Shown here: positions 20,599-30,936 of the stretch, piece by piece | Layout: every line of letters begins with the position of its first letter | Numbering within the stretch: the first letter of the stretch is position 1 | NCBI GenBank assembly: GCA_040755995.1 | Contig: JBFMAF010000028.1 | Span: 64,001 to 128,000, forward strand | DNA length: 64,000 bases | Origin: Acidobacteriota bacterium | GTDB taxonomy: Bacteria > Acidobacteriota > CAIWXX01 | Reading direction: 5' to 3' | Translations under genes and position numbers: made by a program | The notes under the pieces: model-generated | The model's input: the letters and a program-made list of their open reading frames with translations, nothing else | Databases searched by the model: none | What the model was told of the DNA's origin: nothing

Positions 20599-22611
20599 AT
20601 GCTGAATCACCGCCGCTGCGATCTGTTGCTTTCACCGATTCGTGTCAAGTGTGTCGAGCTTCGGAACCGCATCGTGATGCCGGCGATGCACCTGCCGCAG
20701 CCGAGCGGCCGGAGGCCCAGTCTCGATCTGACGGCGTTCTACGAGGAGCGCGCCCGGGGCGGCGTCGCGCTCATCATGATCGGCGGATGCGGAATCGACA
20801 TGTGCGGGAGCGGCCCATACATGCTCGGGATCGATTCGGACGAGTTCCGGAGCGACTACGAGCGATTGAACGGCGCGATCAAGGCGCACGGCGCCGCAAG
20901 CGGAATTCAGCTCTTCCACGCCGGCCGCTATGCGCGTAGTGCCGACACGGGGGAGAAACCCGTCGCGCCGTCCCCAGTGCGGTCGCGGCTGACGGGGGAG
21001 ACGCCGCGCGAGCTGACGCAGCCGGAAATCGAGGAGATCGTTAGGAGCTTCGCGGCGGCCGCCGGAAGGGTCCGGGCGTGGGGATTCGACGTGGTCGAGG
21101 TGATCGCATCCGCGGGCTATCTGGTCTCGCAGTTCCTTTCCCCGCTGACCAATCACCGTACGGATGCGTACGGGGGCTCGCTGGAGGCGCGAGCGAGGTT
21201 CATGGTGGAGGTGATCGGGGCGGTGCGTCGGGCCGCTGGCGATGAGACTCCGATCATGCTCAGGCTCTCCGGCAGCGATTTCGTAGAGGGCGGCAACACG
21301 CTCAAGGACACGGTGCGGATCGCCCGGATCGCAGCGCAGGCAGGTGTCGACGTGCTGAACGTGACCGGCGGCTGGCACGAGACCCGCGTCCCGCAGATCT
21401 CCGGCTTCGTTCCTCCGAAGGGCTTTTCATACCTCGCGCGCGCCATCCGCGAGGCCGTGGCGGACCTCGGCGTCCTCGTAGCGGCATCGAATCGCATCAA
21501 CGATCCGCTCGTGGCCGAGGAGCTGCTCCGGGGCGGCGAGTGCGACCTGGTCAGCATGGGACGCGCTCTCATCGCGGATCCCGCGCTTCCCAGGAAGGCG
21601 ACGACTGGCGAGACCCTGATCCCGTGTATCGCCTGCAACCAGAGCTGTTTTGACCACCTCTTCGACCACCAGCCCGCGCACTGCCTGGTCAACCCTCGGG
21701 CGGGTCGCGAGCTAGCGGCGGTGGCCGGCGCTGCTCCGCGACGCAAGTGCGTCGCCGTCGTAGGAGGCGGTCCGGCTGGGTGCACGGCCGCGATTACCGC
21801 GGCCGAGCGCGGCCATCGCGTCGTGCTGTTCGAGACAGATGCGCTGGGCGGCAAAGCGCGGATGTGTGCCAGGAGTTACGGCAAGCACGAGTGGCGCAGG
21901 TTGCCGGAGTACTACGAGGCGCGCGTGGCCGAGCTCGGTATCGAGCTGCGCAGCGGGCGCGATGCCGCCGTCGATGAGATCCTCGGTGTCTCACCTGACG
22001 CCGTCGTCCTGGCGACCGGTTCGATCCCCGCTACCCCGCCCATCCCCGGGGCTGACCTTCCACTCGTCACGACCGCGGAGGCGGTTCTCAGCGGACGCAC
22101 GCAGACGGGCCGGAATGTCGTCGTCGTCGGAGGCGCGGCCGTGGGGTGCGAAGTCGCGCTCGAGCTTGCGATCGAGGGTGCGGCAACGCCCGATGAGATC
22201 TACTTCCTGCTCGTAAACGGAGCCGAGGACTACGAGTCGCTACGCTGCCTCGCCTTTCGCGGCACGAACTCCGTCACGATGATCGAGATGCTCTCGACGA
22301 TGGGCCAGGGCATCGGCCGGTCGACGAAGTGGACGTACATGGAGGAGCTCAAGCGGCGCGGCGTGCGGATGCTGACCAACACGAAGGCAGTTGTGATCGA
22401 GCCCGATGGCGTCGTGATCGAGACGCGCGGTGAGACTCAGAAGCTGCCGGCAGACACCGTAGTCATGGCCACCGGCTACGTGCCCGACAGCGGCCTTGCT
22501 GCTGCGCTCGCTGGCAAGGTGCCCGAGCTTCACGTGATCGGCGACTCGTTCAAAGTCGGTGACGCCGAAGCAGCCATCCTGCACGGATTCGAGATCGGAA
22601 GCCGCCTGTAG
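20599..22611 (+). CDS. NADH:flavin oxidoreductase, 2,4-dienoyl-CoA reductase (FadH)-like
   Basis: OYE-like barrel (LRNRIVM, QFLSPLTNHRTDAYGGS), CIACNQSC 4Fe-4S motif, VVGGGPAG FAD site. Confidence 0.88.
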   Translation: MLNHRRCDLLLSPIRVKCVELRNRIVMPAMHLPQPSGRRPSLDLTAFYEERARGGVALIMIGGCGIDMCGSGPYMLGIDSDEFRSDYERLNGAIKAHGAASGIQLFHAGRYARSADTGEKPVAPSPVRSRLTGETPRELTQPEIEEIVRSFAAAAGRVRAWGFDVVEVIASAGYLVSQFLSPLTNHRTDAYGGSLEARARFMVEVIGAVRRAAGDETPIMLRLSGSDFVEGGNTLKDTVRIARIAAQAGVDVLNVTGGWHETRVPQISGFVPPKGFSYLARAIREAVADLGVLVAASNRINDPLVAEELLRGGECDLVSMGRALIADPALPRKATTGETLIPCIACNQSCFDHLFDHQPAHCLVNPRAGRELAAVAGAAPRRKCVAVVGGGPAGCTAAITAAERGHRVVLFETDALGGKARMCARSYGKHEWRRLPEYYEARVAELGIELRSGRDAAVDEILGVSPDAVVLATGSIPATPPIPGADLPLVTTAEAVLSGRTQTGRNVVVVGGAAVGCEVALELAIEGAATPDEIYFLLVNGAEDYESLRCLAFRGTNSVTMIEMLSTMGQGIGRSTKWTYMEELKRRGVRMLTNTKAVVIEPDGVVIETRGETQKLPADTVVMATGYVPDSGLAAALAGKVPELHVIGDSFKVGDAEAAILHGFEIGSRL

Positions 22612-22627
22612 CTGCTCGCCGCATCCT

Positions 22628-22726
22628 CCTCGATTCCGATCCTCTCCGTCTCAACGCGTTTCCCCGTCTCCTGTTCTCCGATTCCCCGTTTCTCCGGTTC
22701 TCCCCGTCTCCGCGTCCCCGCGTCTG
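22628..22726. repeat. Degenerate 8-mer tandem repeat tract (CTCCGATT/CTCCGTCT/CCCCGTCT-type)
   Basis: Pyrimidine-rich periodic tract between convergent genes. Confidence 0.65.
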
Positions 22727-22770
22727 CCGGTCGCCGTGCACCAGCCCAGCTCTTGGAGCAGCCTCTCCTG

Positions 22771-23517
22771 CTACTTGTGCCTCTCGTCGAGCATCCGCAC
22801 GCTCTCCATTATCAGCTCACCCGCCGGGAGAGCCACAACCGAGGCCGGCGGTACATCGTCAACGTAGGTCTCGATCCTGAAGGCAGCGCCCTCCCACAAT
22901 AGCATCTGGTAGAAAAGCCTCGGGTCGAACACTCCGTCGACGCTGATCCCCTGGATGATCCCGTCCTTCACATATATCTTTCCGGCGTTGCCCGATCTCT
23001 GGACGCTTATCAGTGCGCTCCTCCGATTCATCTCCAGCACCTGGATGATGTCGATCAAGCTGAGGTGACCGAGCGTGCCGGCGACCCCGTCGTGGGAAGG
23101 CGAGAGAAGGCTGGCGCGACCTCGATGATGTTCCAGGCATTTCTCGAGGCGCGCCAGCAGCTCGTCGTGGTGAAACGGCTTGGCAATGAAGTCGTCCGCG
23201 CCCATGCGCAGGCCCCTTACTCGATCCGGAGGCGACGCCACATTCGTAAGGAAGATGAACGGAACGCCGCTGGTCTCAGGCCGCAGCCGCGCCTTCTGGA
23301 AGAACTCCCACCCGCTCATCTCGGGCATCTGGATGTCCGAAATGATGAGGTCCGGCACTGAGCTCACGAGAAGAGCAAGGGCGCGCTCGGCGGATGCGGC
23401 CGTCGCGACCTCGTATCCGCGGCGGAGCAGGATCATCGTGAGCAGGTGCAGCATGGCTGCATCATCGTCGACGACCAGAATCTTCTTTCGCTTCCCCGGC
23501 TGGCTAGTTTCGGCCAC
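22771..23517 (-). CDS. Response regulator with DUF4388-like domain
   Basis: ILVVDDD, ISDIQMP, KPF; C-terminal GTLGHLSLIDIIQVLEMNRRSA. Confidence 0.85.
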   Translation of the reverse strand: MAETSQPGKRKKILVVDDDAAMLHLLTMILLRRGYEVATAASAERALALLVSSVPDLIISDIQMPEMSGWEFFQKARLRPETSGVPFIFLTNVASPPDRVRGLRMGADDFIAKPFHHDELLARLEKCLEHHRGRASLLSPSHDGVAGTLGHLSLIDIIQVLEMNRRSALISVQRSGNAGKIYVKDGIIQGISVDGVFDPRLFYQMLLWEGAAFRIETYVDDVPPASVVALPAGELIMESVRMLDERHK

Positions 23518-23549
23518 GACGTCTCCTCGCGATGGACATCAGTATATCA

Positions 23550-25277
23550 TCAGCCCCGCTTCTCGGGGAACAACTCCTGAAGCGACTTCGGATCCGGTTT
23601 CGGTGTGGCCAGAGAGACCACGAAGAGCGCCAGAACCGAAACAGCCAGCGAAGGATAGATGCTGGGAACACCCCACGGATCCTGCGACCCCGCCGGCCCC
23701 TTCATTACCTGCGGGAACAGGTTCGGGATCACCAGCTCGAGAAGCAGTGCCATCACAGCGCCGCTGATGATCGAGACGACGCCGCCGGCGCGGGTGGCGC
23801 GCTTCCACGCGAGAGCCGCCAGCAGCGCCGGTGTTATGGCCACCCCGTACATCGTGTAGGCGAAGTAGCTGTACCTCAGAACGGAGATCCTCGCGTGCAT
23901 CACCGTCGGTATGAAGATCATCAGGAAGGCACAGAGACCGACGATCACCACGAACACCTTCTGCAGGGCGACCATCCGTCCCGGAGGTGGGTTCGGATTG
24001 ATGAAGCGCTGGTAGATGTCGCGCATGATGTTGGTCGTCGGAGACAACAAGTAGTTCATGCCCGTGGATAGAACGACGGCGCAGGCCGCCGCCAGCAGCA
24101 GCACACCGAATACGAGCTGGACGCCGCCCCGCGAGGCGATGTTCTCGGCGCTGACGAGCACGACGGAGGCAGGGTCGCGCCCGATGCGCTCGGCTTCGCG
24201 CACGAAGTTTGCAGGATCAGCGAGCAACGGCTGCACCTCCGTCCTGAGCTGCTGGGTCAGGCCCGCCGCGTGTTCGCTCTTGACCTGCCCGTTGGCCACC
24301 CTTTCCCGAACCAGCGCGTCCGCGCGGGCCGGCGCTCCGGCCACATCGAGCCTCCCCTCCCGCACCTCCGCGGCCAACTGCCTGCCGAGGTCGAACACCT
24401 GGATGCTGTGCCAGTTCGCGCTCGCACCGTAGATTGCGATCGCCACGACCAGCGTCTCGACCAGGATCGTTCCGACGATCCAGAGCGCCACGGCCTGCTT
24501 GGCCTCCTTGGGCGACCTTGCGCTGTAGAACTTCTGGTACATGCTCTGCACACCCATGAGCAGCATCATCGTGGCGAGAAAATAGCTGCCGGCCTTGAGC
24601 AGCGGGTGTTCGCCGAAGTCCTGGCTGAAGGGCTGGAAGTGGCCGTCCGGCAGAACCGCGTGGGGGCTGTCCCAGCCGCCGGCGAAGGCGATCGCAAATG
24701 GCACAGCGGCGATGCACGCCACGACGATGATGATGCCGTTGGGCAGGTCCGTGTGGGCGACGGCGACCATGCCTCCGAGGGCCGTGAACAGGATGACGAA
24801 GGTCGCCGTGATCGCCTGCCCCCACTCAACCGAGACGACACCGTTTGTCACAACGTTGAGGATGTAGCCGCCGGCACGAAACTGGTAGCTGACGATCGTC
24901 GTGAACGCGATGACCAGGGCGATCGCGCCGAAGACGCGCGCAAACTTCCCATAGCGCACCTCGAGGATGTCGCCGATGGTGTACTGGCCGAAAGTGCGGA
25001 TCTTCCCGGCGAGGAAGTAGATCACGGCGATCCCGAACCAGGCTCCGGCCGGCAGCCACAGGCTGCTCCACCCGGCCCTCGCCGCATACTCCGCCCCGGC
25101 AATGAACGTGCCGGACCCGATCCATGTGCAGATCAGGGTGAACACCATGATCCGCAGACTCAGCGTGCGGCCCGCCACCATGAAGTCCTCGTGGCTCTTG
25201 ATCTGGCGGGACCTATAGAAGTTGAACGCCATCAGAACGAGCAGATAGCCCAGGATCAGGTACAGGTACACATACAT
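23550..25277 (-). CDS. Sodium:solute symporter family protein
   Basis: DFMVAGR, TWIGSG, GGMVAVAHTD, MYQKFYSA, LAWKRATRAG; multiple TM helices. Confidence 0.9.
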   Translation of the reverse strand: MYVYLYLILGYLLVLMAFNFYRSRQIKSHEDFMVAGRTLSLRIMVFTLICTWIGSGTFIAGAEYAARAGWSSLWLPAGAWFGIAVIYFLAGKIRTFGQYTIGDILEVRYGKFARVFGAIALVIAFTTIVSYQFRAGGYILNVVTNGVVSVEWGQAITATFVILFTALGGMVAVAHTDLPNGIIIVVACIAAVPFAIAFAGGWDSPHAVLPDGHFQPFSQDFGEHPLLKAGSYFLATMMLLMGVQSMYQKFYSARSPKEAKQAVALWIVGTILVETLVVAIAIYGASANWHSIQVFDLGRQLAAEVREGRLDVAGAPARADALVRERVANGQVKSEHAAGLTQQLRTEVQPLLADPANFVREAERIGRDPASVVLVSAENIASRGGVQLVFGVLLLAAACAVVLSTGMNYLLSPTTNIMRDIYQRFINPNPPPGRMVALQKVFVVIVGLCAFLMIFIPTVMHARISVLRYSYFAYTMYGVAITPALLAALAWKRATRAGGVVSIISGAVMALLLELVIPNLFPQVMKGPAGSQDPWGVPSIYPSLAVSVLALFVVSLATPKPDPKSLQELFPEKRG

Positions 25278-25337
25278 GATCTACCTCCAGTATTCGGTCA
25301 CTTGAGCAGCAGCGGTTTGGCTCTCGGAATGTCTCCC

Positions 25338-25433
25338 TCCACCGTCTCTCCGCGTCCGCGTCTCCGTCTCCGCGCTTCTCCGCTTCTCCCTTTCTCCGAT
25401 TCTCCGTTTCCCCGATTCTCCGTTTCCTTCTCC
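25338..25433. repeat. Degenerate 8-mer tandem repeat tract (CTCCGCGT/CTCCGTTT/CTCCGATT)
   Basis: Periodic tract upstream of the symporter; same family as 22628. Confidence 0.65.
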
Positions 25434-25478
25434 GAACACAACGACGCCGGCTAATTGACGTTCACACGACGATGATGC

Positions 25479-26261
<783 letters not shown>

Positions 26262-26273
26262 GACGGCACCTCC

Positions 26274-27134
26274 CTACGCCTTCTTCGAGTAGTCGTAGAA
26301 CCCGCGTCCCGACTTCTTGCCGTACCAGCCGGCGAGCACCATGCGTTTGAGGAGCGGAGGCGGCGCGAACCGCTTCTCCTTGTATGCGTCGAACATGATG
26401 TTGGCGATGTAGTAGGTTGTGTCGAGGCCCACGAAGTCGAGCAGGGTGAACGGGCCCATGGGGTGGCCGCAGCCGAGGGTCATGCCCTTGTCGATATCAT
26501 CGACCGTTCCAACCCCCTCCTCGAGAGCCCGGATCGCATCGAGCAGATACGGGATGAGCAGGCGGTTGACGATGAAGCCGGGGCTGTCGTTGGCCGCGAT
26601 GGCCGTCTTGTTGAGTGTTGCGGCGAACTCCGCGGCCTCTTTGAACACTGCCTCATCCACCGTGATCGTTCTGACCAGCTCGACCAGCTTCATGATCGGC
26701 ACGGGATTGAAGAAGTGCATGCCGCAGAACCGCGCCGGACGGCCGCTGGCCACCGCCAGCTCGGTCATCGACAGCGACGAGGTGTTGCTGCAGAAGATTG
26801 TGGACTCCGGGCAAAGCCTGTTCAATGCCTGGAAGATCTCCGTCTTCACTTTGAGGTCCTCGGTGATGGCCTCGATGACGATGTCGCAATCGGCGAGCTC
26901 GTCCAGCGCCGTTGTGCCTCGCAGCCTGGACGTGGTGGCATCCCGATCCGCAGGGGTCATCTTGCCCTTTTCGACGCTCTTCCCGAGAAACGACGAGATC
27001 GACGACAGGCCCTTCTGCAGCAGCCCGTCGCTCACCTCACGCACGACCGTTTCGTACCCCGACTGCGCGCAGACCTGGGCAATTCCGGAACCCATGAGCC
27101 CGCATCCGATCACTCCGACTCTCTTGATTGCCAT
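26274..27134 (-). CDS. hbd: 3-hydroxybutyryl-CoA dehydrogenase
   Basis: GCGLMGSGIA, SNTSSL, GMHFFNPVP, GFIVNRLL, HPMGP...DFVGLD. Confidence 0.93.
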   Translation of the reverse strand: MAIKRVGVIGCGLMGSGIAQVCAQSGYETVVREVSDGLLQKGLSSISSFLGKSVEKGKMTPADRDATTSRLRGTTALDELADCDIVIEAITEDLKVKTEIFQALNRLCPESTIFCSNTSSLSMTELAVASGRPARFCGMHFFNPVPIMKLVELVRTITVDEAVFKEAAEFAATLNKTAIAANDSPGFIVNRLLIPYLLDAIRALEEGVGTVDDIDKGMTLGCGHPMGPFTLLDFVGLDTTYYIANIMFDAYKEKRFAPPPLLKRMVLAGWYGKKSGRGFYDYSKKA

Positions 27135-27156
27135 ATTATTGCCTCCGTGGAATAAC

Positions 27157-27310
27157 AGTTGCCGGTTGTCAGTTGATAGTTGTCAATTGCCGGGACGAAA
27201 CGCCACAGGACAACGCCGAGACCGATCCACCGCTGCGGGGTCCGTTCTCCGTGTCACCGCGTCTCCCCTTCTCCGTGTCTCCATGTCTCCGTGTCACCGC
27301 TTCTCCGCGT
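27157..27310. repeat. Heptamer (GTTGTCA-type) and octamer (CTCCGTGT/CACCGCGT-type) tandem repeats
   Basis: Heptamers at 27157-27189 and octamers at 27241-27310, intergenic. Confidence 0.65.
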
Positions 27311-27822
27311 CAGATACGCTGGCCGCCCGTGATGCGCCGCCGGGCGTAGTCCTCGAGGCCTCCGGTCAGGATCAAGGTCTTGACGAAGTCGTGGATCGGC
27401 GTGCAGTGGAAGCCGCGCATCTTGGAGACGTTGCGCACGAGCCCCTGGTCGGGATCGACCTCGACCAGCTCCCCCGTCTTGATTCCGTATTGCACCGCCA
27501 GCACCTCGAGCACGGGGAGGCCGATGTTTACGGCGTTCCGGTAGAAGAACCTGTCGAACGAGTCGGCCAGAACAGCTCGAATCCCGGCCCACTTGATCAC
27601 GAGCGCCGCTATCTCGCGCGGGCTACCGCAGCCGAAGCCGTGTCCGCCGACGATGATGTCTCCCTTCTTCATCCGTTTCGCGAACTCGGGGTCGGCGCCC
27701 TCCATCAGGTGCGGCACCAGGTCCTCGGGCTTCCTCGACAGGCAGTATCTGGCGGGAAGGATCTGCTCGGTGTCTATGTAGTTGCCGTACGCGTGGGCGG
27801 TCGCGCGGAACTTCATCAGCAT
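27310..27822 (-). CDS. Aconitase-family small subunit (LeuD/HacB/DmdB-like), divergent
   Basis: IDTEQILPARY, FGCGSPRE, SFDRFFYRNAVNIGLP. Confidence 0.85.
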   Translation of the reverse strand: MLMKFRATAHAYGNYIDTEQILPARYCLSRKPEDLVPHLMEGADPEFAKRMKKGDIIVGGHGFGCGSPREIAALVIKWAGIRAVLADSFDRFFYRNAVNIGLPVLEVLAVQYGIKTGELVEVDPDQGLVRNVSKMRGFHCTPIHDFVKTLILTGGLEDYARRRITGGQRI

Positions 27823-27834
27823 CTGTAGCCCCCT

Positions 27835-29100
27835 TCAGATAGAGACGCTTCGCGGATCGGCGACGAATCCCATCAGGGCAGATACCGCCGCCACCGCCGG
27901 CCCGGCGAGGTAGACCTGGCCGGCCGGGTCCCCCATGCATCCCGCCAGGCTGAAGGGCGCAGTCGTCACAGCGACTTCCCCGGCGGCCAGGGCGCCACCT
28001 TGCCCTCTGTTGCACGGTCCGCAGCCCGGAGGCAACACCAGCGCGCCCGCGCCAACGAATGTCTGGATGAGCCCTTCCTCGATTGCCTGCTTCAGGGTGC
28101 CCGATGTGCCCGGGATCACGAGCATTCGCACCTGGCGGTTCACCTTGTTTCCGCGCATGATCGCAGCGGCCTCGCGGAGGTCCTCGATCATGCCGTTCGA
28201 ACATGATCCGAGAACCACCTGGTCGATGCGGACTTTGTCGAGGGCGTCCACGGGCTTGACCTGTATCGGCCTCCCCGCAAGGGCGACCTGCGGAGCGAAT
28301 CCGCCAAGGTCATACCGGCGGGTCTCCTCATAGCGCGCATCGTGGTCCGCCTTGAACAGCCGGAGTGTTCGCCTGGCCCGAGGGCGGACCCACGATGCAG
28401 CGACGTCGTCGGCCTGTATGATTGCGTTCTTCGCCCCGGCCTCCACGGCCATCGCGCAGAGCGCCACCCGATGATGAACCGGCAGGCGCTCGATCGCGCT
28501 GCCGCAGAACTCGATCGCCTTGTAACGCGCCGCGTCGGGCCCGAGATCGCCGGCCAGCTTCAGTGCGAGGTCCTTTCCGCCGACCCACTGAGGCAACTCG
28601 CCCGAGAGCTCCACCTTCACCGTCTCCGGCACCTTCATCCAAGTCTCGCCGATCGCCCACGCAGCCGCAATGTCCTGGCTCCCGAATCCGGCCGCGAACA
28701 ACCCCAGCGCCCCCTGCGCACAGGTATGCTCATCCGCACCGATCACGACATCGCCGGGAACGGCCAGCCCCTCTTCGAGCATCAGCAGGTGGCCGACTCC
28801 TGATCGTCCAACCTCGAAGTAGTTCGCTATCCCCTGCTCCTCGGCGAATTTTCGCATGAGGGCGGCGGTTTCCGCCGCCTGCGCATCGCGCGCCGGGACC
28901 AGGTGATCGTGCACGAAAACCACGCGGTCCGGCTTGATGACAGTGCGGGCCCCGATTCTCTTGAAGCTCTCTATCGCATCCGGGGCCGATTCGTCAGTCA
29001 CCAGGATCGCGTCGGGCTTGATCAGGATGAACTGCCCCGGCTGGATCTCCTCGATCTCGGCGCGATCCGCCAGGATCTTCTCGGTCAACGTCCGGCCCAT
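27835..29100 (-). CDS. Aconitase-family large subunit (LeuC/HacA/DmdA-like), divergent
   Basis: MGRTLTEKIL, VHDHL, GSCSNG and GCGPC 4Fe-4S cysteines, VYLAGPAVAA. Confidence 0.88.
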   Translation of the reverse strand: MGRTLTEKILADRAEIEEIQPGQFILIKPDAILVTDESAPDAIESFKRIGARTVIKPDRVVFVHDHLVPARDAQAAETAALMRKFAEEQGIANYFEVGRSGVGHLLMLEEGLAVPGDVVIGADEHTCAQGALGLFAAGFGSQDIAAAWAIGETWMKVPETVKVELSGELPQWVGGKDLALKLAGDLGPDAARYKAIEFCGSAIERLPVHHRVALCAMAVEAGAKNAIIQADDVAASWVRPRARRTLRLFKADHDARYEETRRYDLGGFAPQVALAGRPIQVKPVDALDKVRIDQVVLGSCSNGMIEDLREAAAIMRGNKVNRQVRMLVIPGTSGTLKQAIEEGLIQTFVGAGALVLPPGCGPCNRGQGGALAAGEVAVTTAPFSLAGCMGDPAGQVYLAGPAVAAVSALMGFVADPRSVSI

Positions 29101-29518
29101 ACGGTCACCTCGTATCAACGGCGGATCGACATGGCAAGCTGTGAGTCGCCCCTCGCGCTTCTGCAGCTGCTCATTGCCATCACCCTGTCTACACAATACA
29201 ACCAGGGAAGGCGGTTGGGCAAGACCGAATCTCACTCAATCGGCCACGCCGATCCAGCAGATCGTCCCTGTGCCCGAGCGCGAGGAGCGGAATAGGGTGG
29301 TCGGGCAGGGCGCGCGTCTGCACTGCAACCGGCGATCGTCATCCACGCGGGCACGCGACACCTGTCGGTCCGACGCCGCACCTCGCTCGATTGTTCCACG
29401 CTTTGCTAATACGCGCAGGCCGATCCCTCCATCCCTCCAGGTTGCCCTTGAGTCGCTATGCGGGAATTGCGTATCATAGGCGAGCCCTGCTTGCGGCATT
29501 ACTATCAAGGAGGCACTC

Positions 29519-30913
29519 ATGCCGGACCCAATCTTCCAGCGAATCAAGAAAGACAAGATCGAGTTCGTCGATTTGATGTACACGGATCTGCTGGGCGGCT
29601 GGCACCACCTGACGCTGCCGGCGGACCGATTCACTCCAGGCCTTTGCGAGAACGGTGTCGGGGTGGATGGGTCCTCGGTCACGGGCTTTCGAAAGACGAA
29701 GGCCGGCGACATGGTGCTCAAGCCGGATCTGGCGACTCATTTCGCGCACCCCTTTGCCGAGCATCGGACGCTCTGCGTACTGGGCGACCTGGTGGATGTG
29801 GGCGCAAGGGAGGGGTTCTCGCGCGACTCGCGGTACGTGGCGCGCAAGGCCGAACGCTACCTGAGCAGGATGCGTCGCGGCGAATCGAGCCTGTGGCTGC
29901 CGGAGCTGGAGTTCTATCTGTTCGACAGCGTGGCCGTCTGCGGGCGCCCGGGACACAGCCAGTTCACGATCATGTCGCGCGAGGCCGGTAATCCCGGCGG
30001 GGCGCCGGCTATCCCGGAGCACATGAGCGAGCGGCGCGGGTATCACGCAGCATCGCCCGAAGACCGCTTCGAGAACATTCGATCGACGATGTGCCGCTCG
30101 TTGATGGAGATCGGCATACCGGTCAAGTACCATCATCACGAGGTGGGCCCGGCGGGGCAGGTCGAGATCGAGTTGAATTTCATGCCGATACTCAAGGCGG
30201 GCGACAGCGTTGCACTCGCGAAATGGGTGATCCGGAACATCGCAGATCGCAACGGGCTCGTGGCCACATTCATGCCCAAGCCCATTTACGGCGAGGCCGG
30301 ATCCGGCATGCATTTCCATCAGTACCTGGTGAAGGGGTCGACGTCGTCGTTCTATGCGCCTCGAAAGGTGCTCTCCGAGGCCGGCCTGCATTACGTGGGC
30401 GGCCTGCTCGCGCACGGGCGCGCGCTGAGCGCCTTCGCCAGCCCGTCGACCAATTCGTACAAGCGCCTCGTGCCCGGATTCGAGGCCCCGGTCCGACTGG
30501 CATACTCCGTCGGGAATCGGACTGCAGCGATAAGGGTGCCTGGATATGCAATCACGCCCGAGAACTGCCGGATCGAGTACCGACCGCCCGACGCCACGTG
30601 CAACACGCACCTGACGCTGGCGGCGATGCTGATGGCGGGGCTCGACGGAATCAGGCGCAAGCTCGATCCCGGCTCTCCGCTTTCGGGCGATCTGTACGCG
30701 CTGCCCGAGGAGAAGTTGCGCGAGATTCCCGCCATGCCGCGGAGCCTGGGCGAGGCGCTGGAGGCGCTAGAGAAGGACCGCGACTTCCTGATGCAAGGCG
30801 GCGTCTTCACCGAAGACCTGCTGACTGCATGGACATCGCTGAAGCAGAACGAGGTAAGGGACCTGGCCGACCGGCCTCACCCTCGCGAGTTCGAGATGTA
30901 CTTGGGAATTTGA
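29519..30913 (+). CDS. glnA: Glutamine synthetase type I
   Basis: VDGSSV, HHHEVG, FMPKPIYGEAGSGMHFH, NSYKRLVPGFEAP, NRTAAIRVP, RIEYR, DLY adenylylation-site region. Confidence 0.95.
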   Translation: MPDPIFQRIKKDKIEFVDLMYTDLLGGWHHLTLPADRFTPGLCENGVGVDGSSVTGFRKTKAGDMVLKPDLATHFAHPFAEHRTLCVLGDLVDVGAREGFSRDSRYVARKAERYLSRMRRGESSLWLPELEFYLFDSVAVCGRPGHSQFTIMSREAGNPGGAPAIPEHMSERRGYHAASPEDRFENIRSTMCRSLMEIGIPVKYHHHEVGPAGQVEIELNFMPILKAGDSVALAKWVIRNIADRNGLVATFMPKPIYGEAGSGMHFHQYLVKGSTSSFYAPRKVLSEAGLHYVGGLLAHGRALSAFASPSTNSYKRLVPGFEAPVRLAYSVGNRTAAIRVPGYAITPENCRIEYRPPDATCNTHLTLAAMLMAGLDGIRRKLDPGSPLSGDLYALPEEKLREIPAMPRSLGEALEALEKDRDFLMQGGVFTEDLLTAWTSLKQNEVRDLADRPHPREFEMYLGI

Positions 30914-30936
30914 CCGGGTGAACAAGGAGGACTCCC

